A stretch of DNA of 64,000 nucleotides from Mytilus californianus. Taxonomy: Eukaryota. Position numbers and translations under genes: made by a program. The stretch lies in the NCBI RefSeq assembly GCF_021869535.1, contig NW_026262679.1:87234001-87298000 (forward strand), in the 5' to 3' direction. The notes beneath the pieces were generated by a model. It worked only from the letters and a program-made list of their open reading frames with translations. It was not told where the DNA came from and made no database searches. How positions within the stretch are numbered: the stretch's first letter is position 1; every line of letters begins with the position of its first letter. This document shows positions 63,106-64,000 of the stretch, piece after piece.

Positions 63106-64000
63106 AGACTATATTTGAGGAGTTTGTTGTCAGACTGAAAACTTATAGTTTGACCCCGCAACATGTGCATTTATCAGTCCAAAATTAAAAATCTCATTAG
63201 CGGTTGTCATTGATATATCTTACAGCTTTTGCCGTATATGTTTTTTATGGATGTTCGATAGTCTCGACTAAATTTATCAACAACTTTGCTAAGAGGACTT
63301 CAGAGCTTGCAAATACCGGTACATTTACCTACTGTTGAACATAATATGTGTATTACTAAATGTCATTTGGGTTTTTTTCGTTCGTGGGTGTCGACATAAG
63401 TTATTGTCTCATTGACGTGATACCACATTTGCATCATGCATGTCCCTTTAATATATTCCCCCTCCCCCTCATACGGTTTGTAAATTATTCGATTTTTTCG
63501 TCGTTGTATCTAGAATTACTCATTACGTTAAATGATCGTTATGTATCAGCATATGTTGATGGTCGCTAAATTAAGTATTAAGTCCTTTATAAAATCTTCC
63601 AATAAAAAGTAAACAATTACGTTATATAACTGATCCAGTCACTTGTTAATTGTTGTTTTAACCAAAACTGTCATGTTATATTGCTTATTATGTAACAAGC
63701 TAGACAAAATACGGAATTATATAATTTCCTTAAAGGGAAAGCGGTAGTATTTATTCTTCCATAGGCGACATTACTAACATTTTCTGAATTTACCACTTTT
63801 CATAATAAAAACTCGGACAAAACAGTTATGTGTGGGATAAATACTTTATTATTCTGTTTTAAAAATTGAATACAAATGGTATCATGACCATCTTCGAACG
63901 TAGCTTGTTTATGTTATCCATACCCACCGTCATTTTACATCAAATTCGTGGAAATTTGGAACACTTTTACATAATTCTTAAGCAAATATTTCAATGTGTT

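Noticed and set aside
2168-63569. The many 60-135 aa ORFs in the track
   Set aside because: Apart from the GPCR and RT fragments they are low-complexity, often alternative-start, overlap repeats or antisense RT sequence, and lack recognisable motifs. They are expected by chance.

Overview
Very AT-rich eukaryotic genomic DNA. The repeat content suggests a bivalve mollusc, probably Mytilus-like; this is inference. I can support one intact protein-coding gene, a single-exon class A GPCR most like GPR83 (25767-27089, minus strand). The rest is intergenic or intronic DNA dense in retroelement debris. (1) About 15 copies or fragments of small non-coding elements carry type I hammerhead ribozymes (retrozyme-like), in at least two sequence families. 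Two hammerheads are fully intact (49591-49634, 61023-61070). (2) Seven reverse-transcriptase fragments come from about four Penelope-like retroelement (PLE) subfamilies; their 3' UTRs account for most of the abundant short repeats (types A-E here). (3) There is also a tRNA-derived SINE, a LINE endonuclease remnant, three inverted-repeat elements and several tandem repeats. The most interesting signals are in the retrozymes. Their 3' boundary is fixed at a T-rich tract about 50 nt past the cleavage site, both families share a second structured module (pseudoknot plus UUCG hairpin), and intact ribozymes occur only antisense to the GPCR. All coordinates and alignments were read by eye, so repeat boundaries are approximate.
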